Positions 12,491 to 26,199 of a stretch of DNA of 64,000 bases are shown one piece after another. The notes under the pieces are model-generated. The model did no database searches. It saw nothing but the letters and a program-made list of their open reading frames with translations, and was not told where the DNA came from. Source of the stretch: Raja brachyura. Its lineage: Eukaryota. How positions within the stretch are numbered: position 1 is the stretch's first letter; every line of letters starts with the position of its first letter. The stretch covers positions 14,260,001 to 14,324,000 of the forward strand of contig OY740796.1 of the NCBI GenBank assembly GCA_963514005.1, read 5' to 3'. Made by a program: the position numbers and the translations under genes.

Positions 12491-14589
12491 TGTGTAGAGG
12501 TTTGAGGAGACTTAGGCAGAGTTGGAACAGAATTAGTTGTTTGCATTGTGCAAATCACCAACAGTATTAAAACAATAATTAAAATAAGGGAAACGGAGAA
12601 AATCAACAATATTTTCAAGCATGTCTGTCCCTTATTTTTTAATGCCGATAAACCTATCAACATCTCACAATCAGACAAGTTTTGTTAAAAAAAAAAACCT
12701 ATAAGGTGAACAAGAAGTATTTGAAGTACAAGGCTGCATAAAGTGTACTTTCAAAGCTTTAAAATGCATCGGGGAAAGCTTTTAATTGTTTTTACACAAG
12801 TTTGCAGTGTTGTGACAAACATAAATCATTTACCTGTTCACATGGTGAATACAGTGGTTGGCTTAGACTTACCCACTTCCAAACAGTCGCTTTGTCTGAA
12901 AATGTGTGGAGGTGAAAAAAGCCAGTGTCTAAAGAATTCCATATTTTCTGTAGCATGTTTCAAAGATCTTTTTTTTAATACTATAGCTTCCGATCCAATA
13001 GCATCACCTATCCAATGGTTTTGTCCATGTGGCTTCCTTTACCACTTCCTTACTTCAATGGAAGGTAATAATTTGTTGCTCAGCCAAGTGTAAAGCTTTC
13101 TTTTTTTTTATCTGGTAGGACTTTAGAGGAAAGATTTCTGTGGTTTGGATTCTAAATGGCATCAGAACAGAAGATGTGGCACTTTTAAAACCTCCTTGCA
13201 CTTCAATATCAAAAACTATATACTGTGAGCATTGGCATTAATCTCTCGCATTCGGATATTGATACCTGTGTAATATTTTTATTACTTTCTAGTGTATTTA
13301 TTATGCTTGTGCTTCACACATCCTGATTTTTTTTTTGAGTCGTACAAGAAATAAGGATTGAAGATACTTAGAAGTCACTTGACAAAACCGTGTTTGTCAG
13401 CCTGCAATGTTTCATTTAGGTTTAACTAATGTTTCAACATTTTCTTCTCCCCAGTCTGAGTCCTGGCGACATAGTTTCTAACATTGTTTTCATCCCAAAT
13501 TGCCTTTAAATCAATTCTAATTTTAGGAGGTGGACAAGGGTATCTGATTGATTTATTTGATTAGCTTCAGTGTTTCCATGTGAGAGCGATCTAAGAACCT
13601 CATTTGATTCCTTCCTGGTTGATTGCTGAAGATCTAGAATGTGTGTACAGTCTTAGTGAAGTGATGTTATCGCTTTAGGAGTTGCTTCAAATCATTTGGA
13701 CCACCTGAAGTACTGAAGATCTTTTGATCTGACGTAAGATTTTGACTTGAAGGCAAGAATGCTACTACTGTCATTTGGGCTGAAGGTTATCTCAACGTTT
13801 GTTAATTATGTTTTTTCTTTCGTTACCTTTAAGTCCTTTGTGGCGCACTACAAAATATTTTTTCACACCAAAATTTTCGCGGCATTATTTGCAAAGCAGG
13901 CCTAAAAGAAATATATACAAAATGAATTGGAAATTATTTGGATATGTTCCAAAATCTGGTTCAGAGCCTTAGTTTGTAAAACGGACAAAAAATTGGCATC
14001 AAATGTTCTCAAAGACTAGGAACTGTGAACAAATAACTTCTACTGTGATCCCAACTTAACCCAGAATTAAGCGGAGATTCAATTTTCTCCTTTTCATCTC
14101 ATGAAGTTGTCGGTATCTTGCCAAAATATATATTTTTGCGTGTAGCAACAGTTCATTATTCATATTCACATGTTGATGACAATTTGACAGTAGGTTTAGC
14201 AGCATAGCTTCTTATTTGAGCACAGGCAATACACAAAGCACTTCCTTAAATGGTCAGTTGATAATGATCACAAGTGGGTAGCCGACAATCCCATCAGATA
14301 AGGCTAATGGTAACCAAATCAGTCCAATGAAAGCTATAATGAAATTTGTTTCAGCATTTTCTGTTTGTGCTTCCTAGCTGTCCAAGTGGGATGAGCACTA
14401 TTGATGTACACGTTTCTATAATTAAACTGGTCCAAGTTTATGATGATTTTAGTAACAATTAAAGGGTGTAAAATGTATGTCAGAAAGCAGAAAATGCAAT
14501 GGGATTCTTCACTTCTACTATTTGATGAGCTGATAAGTCGGCTAACACCACATGGTTTCATAAAGAAGTAACATACACTGGTTTAAAAT

Positions 14590-14810
14590 GATAGATACAA
14601 TGTGCTGGAGTAACTCAGTGAGTCAGGCAGCATCTCTGGAGGAAAAAAGATAGGTGATGTTTTGGGTTGGATCCTTTCTTCACTCTGAAGAAGGTTTCCG
14701 ATCCAAAACCTTACCTATTCCTTTTCTCTAAAGATGCTGCCCGATCTGCTGTTACTCCAGTATTTTGTGTCTTTCTTCAATAAACTAGCATCTGCAGTTC
14801 CTTCCTGCGC
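14590..14810. mobile_element. Fold-back Penelope-derived element
   Basis: gctggagtaactcag..gcagcatctctgga arm and its inverse around ctgaagaagg. Confidence 0.78.
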
Positions 14811-17800
14811 ATTTTGACTATTGGTTTGGAAAGAAATGTACTGCACAATGCATTGTACTGGTAACATTTAATTTACTTTAAAATCTAAAGCAAACATTTA
14901 CAGATGCTGGAAATCTGAGCCGAAGTAGAAAGTATGGAAATTCTCAGTAGGTTGGGCAGTATCTGTGGAACCAAAAAAAAAGTGAATGTTGTGAGACACT
15001 AAAATGTTAACTCGGTGTCTCTACCCAGTGATTGTACCCAATGTACTGAGTATTTTTGTTCTATTATTAAATTATTGTGGTAAGAGAATTTTAATTTATA
15101 TAATAGTACAAGTATTAGATCCAATTCATTGTTCAATTTCAATAGATGTGACTGAGAACCGTCATGTCTCCATCCATCGACTCATGAAAAACAAAATTAT
15201 TTCAAATGTAATCCCAACAGAGAGAAAGTTATTTAACAAGATATTCCCAATAATAAATGTAATTTTAACATTTATTAAAATGTTAAATAAAGGAATACCT
15301 TTTATAATTTTAAGGATGTTAAAATTGCAGTCATGTTGACACTAATCTTGTTGACACTCATCTTCATTGTTAATGTCACAGTTTTTTAAACTGTTTATAA
15401 TGAAGAAAGGAAGAACAGCAAGTCCCTTCTTCCTTAGGAGTAATTATCCATTCTAAATTCGAAAGCAAAACTAATGTGCTCATTTCTCCACAAATGTCTT
15501 TTTATTTCTAGTCAGTCAAATCAGAAGTAATTTCTGACAAGAAGCAACTGGAATGATTTTTCTTCAGCTTCCTCCTAAAGTTTATGCAGAATAGTTCAAT
15601 GTTTGCATTAACCTGTATAATTTTAATGAGAAACATACAGATCTATGATTGCTATGCATGCATACACTTAATAAAAACCTTTTTGATGTTTTGCAGAGTA
15701 AGGTCTTAGATCATATTTGCCACAATTGCCCCCTAGAAAATTCAAATATATCTGGATCAGCTAAAACTCTTGCAGGTTTTGCATCACAGCTGATGCACAA
15801 TGTGTGTTCATATCAGAGACTTTTGTTTCAATCTGGCCATGACAAATTATGTTCTATGACATAAATTCTTAATCCTGATGTTTGGTTTTAAAAATTATCC
15901 CTTGTGAAGTGTGTTCTTAATTTTTTTTTTCCTGAACAGAGCAAAATGTATTTAGCTAACCTTATATTCTTCCAACATGTGGGTTCATGGTCCAATTCGG
16001 TTTATTGTGTCAGAAAATTATTATATTATAAATCCACATTTCTTTCAAGATAACCTTTTGTATAAGTCTTACAGGTTATAATAAAATAGGACCTAAATAA
16101 ATCTGTTTACCAATGTTATTGTTTGGTTTGTATATATTGGTGTTCAAGGAGAATTGTCACATCACCACCTTTGTTCTGCAAGTTATGTGTAAAAAAGCTG
16201 AAGGGGCGTGTTCGGATCTAAGAAATGCTGGCAGGATAGAGTTCAATTTATGCCTGAAGTATAGAGTGGGCAATATTTTAGTATACTAATAAAGCTCATT
16301 GAGAAAATATAATAATCTCTTTTATCTGAAACCATTCCAAGTTTACCAGGGGAAAATGCCAAAGGAAAGATGTTTCTCTGAGCTGTGTCTCCTTAATTGT
16401 GTTGTCTCAAAGATGATCTCAATGTCAATATGTTGCAGCCCTTGTCTTTACAATATTGCTCTTTGAATTTTATTTGTTACTGTTTTGTTTCATTGCAAAT
16501 ATTATGATTATCAATATGAACTAGTTATGGATGGATGGACAAAGAGTATGTTAATAAGGCTGGATAATTTTTAACAGCTATTTTGTAATTGCATTCCACA
16601 GTCAATCAACCCATGCATATTGCTGATAATATAAAGGACTGTATCACTGATAACCTAACCAGTCATATTTCACAGAATAATTTTTAACTGCCTCAACCAG
16701 CTTTAAGGCCGAGGGGCATTGTGGATGGAGCCTGTTTCCTGAGAGAGATTTTTGACATTGGCTTTCCCAGTCCCAGTGAGCCTGGAACATATGACTTTAA
16801 TCTGGCAATTGTGCACATCCAGCTTCTGACATGCTTGCCACAGCAGACTCCAAGCAGTCTGAACTTTGACACATTGCCCTTTTTAATCTTCTAATGCTTC
16901 TTCATAGATCAAGAAACACTTCAGATTAGTTTTGCATTGTCATTTTATTTTAATAAAGCCTAACATTAAGCCACAGGTTATTGTTTTATTCTCGTTGTGC
17001 TTTGGTTTACAAACAAACACTGCAAAAGGGGATTTTGAATTGGTATCTACCTCGTCTAATTCAACGAAAAAGGTGGACATGGCAGAGTAAAACTTGATTG
17101 TCAATGACAGTTTCGTTTTCCATGTTGCCACATTGGCTAATTGCCCATTTTATTGGTGGGTTCATTTTCTCCATGCTTCAAATTTTATCTTTAAATACCA
17201 TTGTTTTTGTGTTTAGTACTTCTTTAGCCAACTCTCACCACCTTTTTAGTTCCTCCATTGTAGCAAGATGCTGCTTTTAAACCATATCTAACAGTCCCTG
17301 GATCTGTCAGCTGTTGGTGTAAAGGGCAGAGGGTGCAGAACAAACCCCTTCATTTGGTAACACCAGTTCAACCTTTCATGAGACATAACCGTTGAACATT
17401 TATTTCATTTTCAGTTTTGGTCCTCAACCAAATTGTGGTCCAACTAAGTAAAACTGATTACATTTCTCTTCTTTGCAAGGGTTGGGATTTTTTTTAAAAA
17501 TACATTTATACCAATGTTATTAAAAAAGGCACTGAAAATTAAGCAAGCATTCCTAATAATAAAATGGAAATGGTTTTATTTCCATAGACAAATCCCTTTT
17601 TAGAACAATGTCATGTTGCACAATGGCAAGTTGTGTAATTACATCCATTCTTATTTGGGCATGTAAGTTCCTAGATGATTGTCTTTGTGTTAAAGAAAAT
17701 ACATTTTCACCCTTGAGTTTGTTTGTAACTAAATCAGTTTACAATAAAAGACTGTGGCTTTCTCTTGCTTTTGCTTACTCAACTTGTGAGTAGAGTTCTA

Positions 17801-17825
17801 ATAACATGCTTTTCCCTTCTCTTAG

Positions 17826-17882
17826 AACATTTCCTCTCCTGAGAGTTCCCCAGTGCATAGGCCTGAGCCGTTTTCACCAGAG
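17826..17882 (+). CDS. SETD5: SETD5 57-nt symmetric (phase 0/0) exon, NISSPESSPVHRPEPFSPE, probably alternatively spliced
   Basis: Pyrimidine tract tgcttttcccttctcttag, donor GAG|GTAGTT. The peptide matches the NISSPESSP motif that follows PLQFE in KMT2E and long SETD5 isoforms (recalled). Confidence 0.88.
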
Positions 17883-20800
17883 GTAGTTATCCCAGTATCT
17901 CATTTAAACTCGCAAGGCTGAAATAGGTTCTTGCGGCATCTCTCCCTCTCTCTCTTGCTCTGTGATTCCAACACTATCTTTTTACAACATGATTCTTATA
18001 TTTTATTCATCTGGTTGAATTTGTGCATGTCTGACTCAAGTCATTAATTATTGCCAAACTGTGATTTAAGGTTGGGAACAAAATAGTAATAATAACCTGG
18101 AGAGAGAGAGAGAGAGTGAAAGGCAGGGGATAGGACCGAGGATCTGTCTGTGTATCTGATGAGATAACAAAGCAATAAATGGCATACAAGTCTAGTGGAA
18201 CTTAAATTATAACTCCAGAGCATTAAATGATAACTGGCATAATTACTATTATTTCCCTCATTGTCATGTTTGTTAGGAGTCTACTATTGTGTCAGTTCAC
18301 TAATTTGGTCGATCATTTGTTTAAATCTGGATCATGTTAACCCATCCAATTCATTGGGAGTTGCTTATAAAAATATCCCAATTTATACCAATTGTGCAGA
18401 ACTCGACCACTTTATTGTCCCAGCTGCTTTTACTCCACAGTAGGTTTCCTGGTGGAAATTGCTGTGGTACAGGTTTCCTATTGTCATATAGTTGTTTGCC
18501 AGCTCAACATGGCTCTTGTGAATTATGCTTGTTGCTGTCATTCTGCAGGCAGTAACAAGTGAAAGCAGCTATACGTGCTGCAGCTGATTCTGATGCAGCT
18601 CACATGCATGCAGAAGGTGGTGATTGGGGCCCATCAAGTCCACGCTGGTTCCAATCTTGCCTTCATTCCATCTTGTCTTAGACATAAGGGAGGAAACTAT
18701 GAACCCAGAGGAAAGCACTTGAGGTCAGGATTGAGCTTTGCTCAGTGCTGTGGTCCTCACTATTTGTAGAAAGATATACCAGTTCCAAACAACAAGCCTT
18801 CAACTACAGTGACATGAAAACATATCAAGTTGAATCCTGTAATTTTTCTTATAGCTGATCAATATGAATAAATTAAAATGAACACATTTAAATTTCTACA
18901 GAATGGATATATTTTAAGGATTTAATGAGGCATTTTAAGGATTTAGTAGCAATCTCACTAAGCATCGAAGCAGGTTAACTAAATATCATCTTCCCTCCCA
19001 AAGAAATGGATGGTTATATTAAAATTTCCACTTAGAAGATGAATTTATATTTTTTAAAGGAAGATTTCCACAGTCTGTTCAGACTAAAAGCCTGCTGGTC
19101 TTGTATGTCTGAGGTAAATGTGGTAGTTAATCTTTGTTGATTCGCAGACAGATCTTCTGACGGTGAGATAGATTTAGTTAATTAACATGTTGCTTTGTGA
19201 AGAATTGGACTCCAATTCACAACTGTCACCTACATGAATTGATCTTTTTGTGAGTGTGTGAGATGCAACCGTTCTGATTGTGCAGCCAATCCAACTGCCT
19301 GCCTAACATTCAAAACGTTAACCTTCACCTTGAGGATGCAGTGCATACTGTAGACCATTCACCTTCACAGATGAGGCATAAGGAGTTTGTTGTAGAGACA
19401 ACATTGCTTAAACTATAAGTTTTTGCAAGCGGATGAATTTAAGCTACTGTTAATAAAGTTTTTGCAATTCAGAATATCAGAATTGAAAATCTGAATAAAA
19501 ATATTTTGTCTGGAGGTTGAAGACTTGATTTAGAATATTTGATTTGCAGCTACTTTCCGACTCTGCAATTGGCTTTTGCAGTATAATTTCCTCATCGAGC
19601 CAATTTGATTTTGTTTAGGCACCTTCCGATTTATCACCTGTACAATTTCACCTTTATTTGGCTCAACTTTATCTCTCACAGCAGGCAGTTTGCTGGCTGT
19701 GTTCTTGGATAAAAAAAATATAAATTGATGTGGTAAAGATGATTAACCAACTGAAATAGTTTGTAGCCAGCTTCAGTCATCCGATGCTTAAAGAATTTCT
19801 GTGACAGTTGTATATCAATCTGTTCCCTTAGATTTCATAAAGGTGTGATCATGGATATTCCTAATACCTAAATTCCTTAATTAAAGCATGTTGGAAAGTG
19901 TTTTGAAATTTTTGCAAAAGTATTTTGATAGTGCCCTCCAATAACATTACTCAGTAAGCCCAAGTTTTTCATCAAAAATAGATTTATATTTCAGTTATAC
20001 CCTTTTCAAAAATATTTAAGCAATTTCCTTGCTCTCTCAGCCCGTGACGGTAAAATATATGGTAGGTGTACAGTTGGCTGATCTTCCTCTCTTTGGCTTT
20101 TCACTTCAAGAATGTGAAGCAGTCAATATTAAATACTAATAATTTGACCATGGCTATACTTAGCTTGAGACCAGACAACCAAATAAAACCCTGTAGAGCA
20201 GGCAGTTAGAAACCCTGCATCCTGATTGGGAGAGTCAGAGCTGCCAAGTCCTCAAATTACCCATGCATACTCTGCAGTTAGCTTTGGCAACTGTGGTGAA
20301 CAGGACCGATGAAGACTTAGATATTTGGAAGTTTTTGTAGTTGGCTCGCCTTTGTTTGTATGGGAAGATGATTATGTTAAAAGTATAAAAATGAGGCCTC
20401 CAGAAGAAAAGTAAAGAATTTTTGTTCTTTTAAGTCCATATGTTTTGGCACATATTAAATACAGGTGTTGGTAGTTTTAATTATAAATCTATTTCTTTCC
20501 AATGAACTGAGCTAACTAGTTAAGTCAAAAGTAATTCACCTCGATGGGAAAATTAACTTTCAGCAGTTTTGACTATTTAAGAAATAATTTAAGTCTTAAT
20601 CTTATTTTTGGTTTATTGCAGAGACAATTATTTTAAATTAATGTCTGTTAAATTCATTGGTGGAAAGGCATAGATGCTCCAAAACAAAATTAAAATAATT
20701 GTTTTGGTGTTTTGTAATCTAATGCCCTTAACAGTGATTTAAAGAAAATGCCAAATATGTTGATAACAAATGACAGGCTTAAAAGATCCACTGCAGTAGA

Positions 20801-21179
20801 CGTACAATGTTTATTTTGATGGGATTACTTCTCAACAACATCTAGAAACTCCTTGTGCCTGAATCTGTGAAAAGACATCTATTAAAACTGCCATTACACT
20901 AACCTAATGGAGGTGACTAGCAAAGCATCAAGTTACTTATTGTGTGAATAAGGAATGTACTGAAGCATTTGTATAATTGTAGTGTGATGCTCTTTATCAA
21001 TAAAGCACTGACGCCTGTAAGATATATTGTACACCTACAGTTTTTAATCAAATATTCCAGGTTTTGGGAAGATGAGGTAAAGATCCGAGCCTGACGACGG
21101 GAGGAGTTGACTGATTTGTTGATAATTATGCTTCTGTTAGACTCCAGACATCTAAATTTATTTCAGTGCAGATCCAGCA

Positions 21180-21540
21180 CCAGGCTACAACCCGTGTATC
21201 TTGGGGAAAATAAGCTGGAACGGGCCATTCAACTCCTTGTACCCGCTCCATCATTCAATAAGATCATAGCCGATCTGATCTTGGCCTCAACTCCACTGTC
21301 CTCGTCTTTACCAATAGGAGGAGTGCTATAGAGGAGCCCTCGACTCCTCTATAGTCCAAACATCTGTCAGTCTCCGCTTGATGCATTCAGTAATTTAACC
21401 TCCACAGCTTTCCAGAGAGTTCCAAAGTTTCATGAGTGACTGGGAAGAAATGTCAACCCATTATTCTGAAACGTTGCAACGTAATTCCATATTCCACAAA
21501 GGAAAACATTCTCTCAGCATCAACCAAGCCCCTCGGTGTA
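21180..21540 (-). mobile_element. Old CR1 3' tail fragment
   Basis: ccattcaac..ccatcattcaataagatcatagccgatctgat is the reverse complement of the CR1 tail. Confidence 0.6.
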
Positions 21541-23100
21541 AATCATTGGGAATATTGAAGATTTGGGATTCTAATACTGTAATTGGTGCATAAAATTGTA
21601 ACATTTATGGGGGGGGGGGGGGGGTTTAGCTGGAAGTTGTGAAATTCCATTGATTAAAATAGACCAATGGAAACCTTTTAACATTTTAAATTTTATGTAT
21701 TTGCCATTTGGGGATAGCTTTTTTGTTGCAGATTTGCACTGCCATTTGTCACCTTTGTTAGACAAGTATAATTAAAATAGGTATTAGTTTAGATTCCCTG
21801 ACTGGAGGTCCACTGGAGGTGACAGTCTCATAAGGAAAAAATCTACACCCCAAAGGTACTTAGAGTTTTTTATTATCTCATTGTGCCACCAGGTTATCAC
21901 AGCAAAACGAGGGCCTGGTAGCAAGTTTTTATCATTTATTCACAGAATATGGACATCGCTGTGTGGGACAGAATTAATTGTCCATTCCCATTTGCTAGGT
22001 CATTTTATAGATAGTCGAAAATCAACTGCTTCCACTGCAGCCAAAGCAGCCATGGAAGATGTATTTCTGACAAACAAAACAGTATTTTACAAAAATTCTG
22101 TTAATTTCAAGGCCAGCAATAGTTAATTTTTAAAAAAATTATCGCCCCGGTGGGATTTGAACTCATGCTTCTAGATTGTTGGTCCAGGTTCTTAATGGCA
22201 ATCCTGGTATTTTAGCCTGCCCTGCATCAATTATTTTTTTTAATGTTTACATTTGAGTAGGCTACAATTTCAAAGGGCAGCAGTTTTTATTAGCCTACCT
22301 TTGATCCACAAGAGCAGGTCTGACATTGTCAAATAGCTCGCATACACATTAGCGGCAAGGATTCTAGGGACATAATGGTTTTTTCCTTAATGTGATCAGA
22401 GGGTGTAACTGGCAGTAGTGCTGGAAATGGGTGCACTTGAGAGAGCTTGTGGATTTTAGGGAGCTAAAAGATGATATCTCCTGCTGAATGCTTCCGGCTC
22501 CAGCATTGGAGACCTAAGAACTATCATCCCAGCACCCAGTGCACTGCTGAGCTGCTATTTGTAACTTCAACTGAAAACTACATTTCAGCCTCCTTAGAGG
22601 AGAATCTTTCATTCACCTTTTATGCTATCCGTGCATCTGACTGGATGTCAAACAAAATGGATGCTGAGCAGATTTTTTAATATAAGATGCACATGGAGAA
22701 AGGGTTAGCTGAAAGTAGAAACCTGGTTCCTTGAGCTAAAGTTACCAGAACATTGTGGAGGCATCTTGTAGAACGCTCTTTAAAATTATGCATATGTTTG
22801 CATCAAAAATACCAGTGTTGGTGAAAGGAGTCATCATAAATGCACTATAAATCTACCAGAAATATTCTTTGGGAAATGTTCTCAAGATTCTGGGTTAAAT
22901 ACATATGTTAAAGATTTGATATGTATTTAAGGTATTTATAATTTAATGATCAGAAAAGTTTTTAATTGCTGTGCTGGTGTTTAAACAGAAGCAGAGTTCA
23001 GTCAACCGCCTCACTTGAAATAGTTTCTTTTGATTCCCCTCGTCAGGCTCATTTATTTTAATTTATCACTAACAAATAGTTCCTCCTTCTGTCATTTCAG

Positions 23101-23658
23101 CCGCCCCTGAGAGCGGATAATGACCAGTCCAGGACTGGTTTTTCAGATCTTTCTCTTCAAGCTGACCCAGATGCCACTACTCTTGCGGTCACCGCAGTAA
23201 CTGAGGGGCCACTGTCAGACTGTGCTGCTCAACTTCCATGTCCTACATTAACATTCCCCAGTGAATCTGAAACTGGGTTTACAGGAAGGAACAGCGATGG
23301 TCCCTTGTCCCTGAAAAACGCAGAACAAGCATTCAGGACAGAGTTTAACTTAATCTATGCCTGTTCGCCTTTGAACTCCAACCTCCGAGACCTCACTCCG
23401 ACACACAGGCTGGAGGGCCCTTACAGAGGACTCGAGAACAGAACCAATTACATCAGTGACAGGAAATCTTCACAATCGGAGCGAGGGTTTGGTGACGCTG
23501 TGTACATGAGTCCTTCTGGAGACTCCAGCTTTAACAGACAAGGCCAAGGATTCTTACCTGAGACTCTGCCAGGATCCATGTCTCCTCAAGCAGATCGGCA
23601 ACCTATGTTTTCTGAAGGAAGTACAACACCTCAGCAAAATCCACCACAGAAGAAAAAG
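23101..23658 (+). CDS. SETD5: SETD5 coding exon ending at a GC donor
   Basis: tcatttcag acceptor. Open frame PPLRADNDQ...SETGF...EQAFRTEFNLIYACSPLN...QNPPQKKK. The only phase-compatible donor is AAG|GCAAGT. Confidence 0.92.
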
Positions 23659-24420
23659 GCAAGTAACCAAATTTATGATAGCTCTGGGTATTATGCAGAA
23701 ATACAACAATTTATGAGTAGTAGCTCGCCTTAAGATACTTAATTTTTCCAAAGGTTAAATGTGGAGGCTGCATACATAGAAAAGTAATTATATGATAAAA
23801 TATAATCTTTTCACTTTAAAAGCTAAATACTTTTTAGGGAAAGAAGATCCAACTCTTGAGGTCATGACCAAAATTTAATAAAGTAACTTTTCACATGTTT
23901 ACCAACTTTCACTTTATCTACCATGATATTTGTTTCTTTCTATGCCGAGTAGGAGATTATAGGTTGACAAGCACAGGAGCTGCAAACAGAGCTTAATGTT
24001 AAGAAGAAAATATTTGTAGTTTTAAATCAAAACGTAAAGTTCAAAACAACATATTAATGTATAATTTGATAAAGAACCTAAAGGCGTTAGATTAAGTGGT
24101 TCTTTACTGCTAATTTAAATGTTGTTTGGAAAGTGATACTTTCAATCATTTCAAGTCAAAGCCTTCCAAGTCCTGAATTTTTCTTATTTTACATCAGAGC
24201 AACTGACAGTTTTGCCAAACAATGTAACCGACATCACTTTAATTGCTTAACCTTTGATGAATATGATTTTATGGATTACGTTGGAAACTTGAATTCCCTT
24301 CCTAATATTATCCATTTCTTCCATTTGGAGCTGCTTAAGATCCACACTTCAAACAAGATTAGACTACGGAAGCAGAAAATTGCAATTAAATCAGTGCTGC
24401 TCTCAGCCTACAGGGATCAT

Positions 24421-25454
24421 GCAGTGACTAGTGGGGTACCGCAAGGCTCAGTGCTGGGACCCCAGCTATTTACAATGTATATTAATGATTTGGACGAGGG
24501 AATTGAATGCAACATCTCCAAGTTTGCGGATGACACGAAGCTGGGGGGCAGTGTTAGCTGTGAGGAGGATGCTAGGAGGCTGCAAGGTGACTTGGATAGG
24601 TTGGGTGAGTGGGCAAATGCATGGAAGATGCAGTATAATGTGGATAAATGTGAGGTTATCCACTTTGGTGGCAAAAACAGGAAAGTAGACTACTATCTGA
24701 ATGGTGGCCAATTAGGAAAAGGGGAGATGCAACGAGACCTGGGTGTCATGGTACACCAGTCATTGAAAGTAGGCATGCAGGTGCAGCAGGCTGTGAAGAA
24801 AGCGAATGGTATGTTGGCATTCATTGCAAAAGGATTTGAGTATAGGAGCAGGGTTGTTCTACTGCAGTTGTACAGGGTCTTGGTGAAACCACACCTGGAG
24901 TATCGCATGCAGTTTTGGGCTCCTAATCTGAGGAAAGACATTATTGCCTTAGAGGGGGTACAGAGAAGGTTCACTAGACGGATTCCTGGGATGTCAGGAC
25001 TTTCATATGAAGAAAGACAGGATAGACTCGGCTTGTACTCGCTAGAATTTAGAAGATTGGGGGGGGGATCTTATAGAAACTTACAAAATTCCTAAGGGGT
25101 TGGACAGGCTAGATGCAGGAACATTATTCCCGATGTTGCGGAAGTCCAGAACAAGGGGTCACAGTGTAAGGATAAGGGGGAAGTCTTTCAGGACCAAGAT
25201 GAGAAAAACATTTTTCACACAGAGAGTGGTGAATCTGTGGAATTATCTGCCACAGAAGATAGTTGAGGGCAGTTCATTGGCTATATTTAAGAGGGAGTTA
25301 GATGTGGCCCTTGTGGCTAAGGGGTTCAGGGGGTATGGAGAGAAGGCAGGTACGGGATACTGAGTTGGATGATCAGCCATGATCATATTGAATGGCGGTG
25401 CAGGCTCGAAGGGCCAAATGGCCTACTCCTGCACATATTTTCTATGTTTCTATG
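24421..25454 (+). mobile_element. Young 5'-truncated CR1/HER1 LINE (RT C-terminus)
   Basis: VTSGVPQGSVLGPQLFTMYINDLD...KFADDTKL RT motifs. Open except for one frameshift at the G-run ~25059-25067. Ends in TTTCTATG tail repeats. Confidence 0.96.
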
Positions 25455-25579
25455 GCTGAGACTTGAACACAACACCCCAATCCCGCTCTCTCCCCCTCCA
25501 ACTTGATACCTTTTGTGCATGGAAATCTACCCATCTGCTCCTTAAATATGTGCAGTGAGGGCTCTGAAGGATGTGAAGG

Positions 25580-26035
25580 CTTTGAAGAGGATGTAGAAGT
25601 GCTTTGCCTGGATTAGAGGCCATAGGGGCAACAAAAAGAAGTAGGACAAACTTGGATTGTTTTCTCCCGAGCTTCGGAGGCTGAGGGGAGACCTGATGGG
25701 TTTATAACATTATGAGGGGCACAGATAGTGCACACAGTCAGAATCTTTTTTCCAGGGTATCAAAGACTAGAGGGGATAGCTTTAAGCTTGTAGGGAGGAA
25801 ATGTAAATAAGATGAGTGGAGCCAGTTTTTTTTTGTACAGAGAGGGTGTTAGGTGCCTGGGATATGCTGCTAGGGGTGGTGGTGGAAGCAGATTGGATAG
25901 TGGCTTTTAGATGGTTAGTTAAATATGCAGGGAATGGGGGGGATAGCTATCACGTGCAGGCAGAGAGATTGATATAAATTGGCATCGTTCAGCACACATT
26001 ATGGGCTGAGAGCCTGTTCCTGTGTGATATTGCCC
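25580..26035 (+). mobile_element. CR1 3' fragment
   Basis: ggaggctgaggggagacctgat and tail motifs. Confidence 0.75.
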
Positions 26036-26199
26036 ATGCTGAAACTGACTATGTGCCCCGCTTTCTGCTCTTTACATGTTTTGGTTCCAATTTTTTTTTT
26101 ATTATACTTCTACGAGGCACCTTGAGATTAGAGGCAGTATACAAGTCATTATCAGATGATATAAGATGGCCTTCTGCTGCAATTATACCCAATAATTGT

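Noticed and set aside
24133-25095. 320-aa ORF as a host gene or domesticated RT
   Set aside because: The first ~96 codons are chance-open intron. The rest is a 5'-truncated CR1 ORF2.
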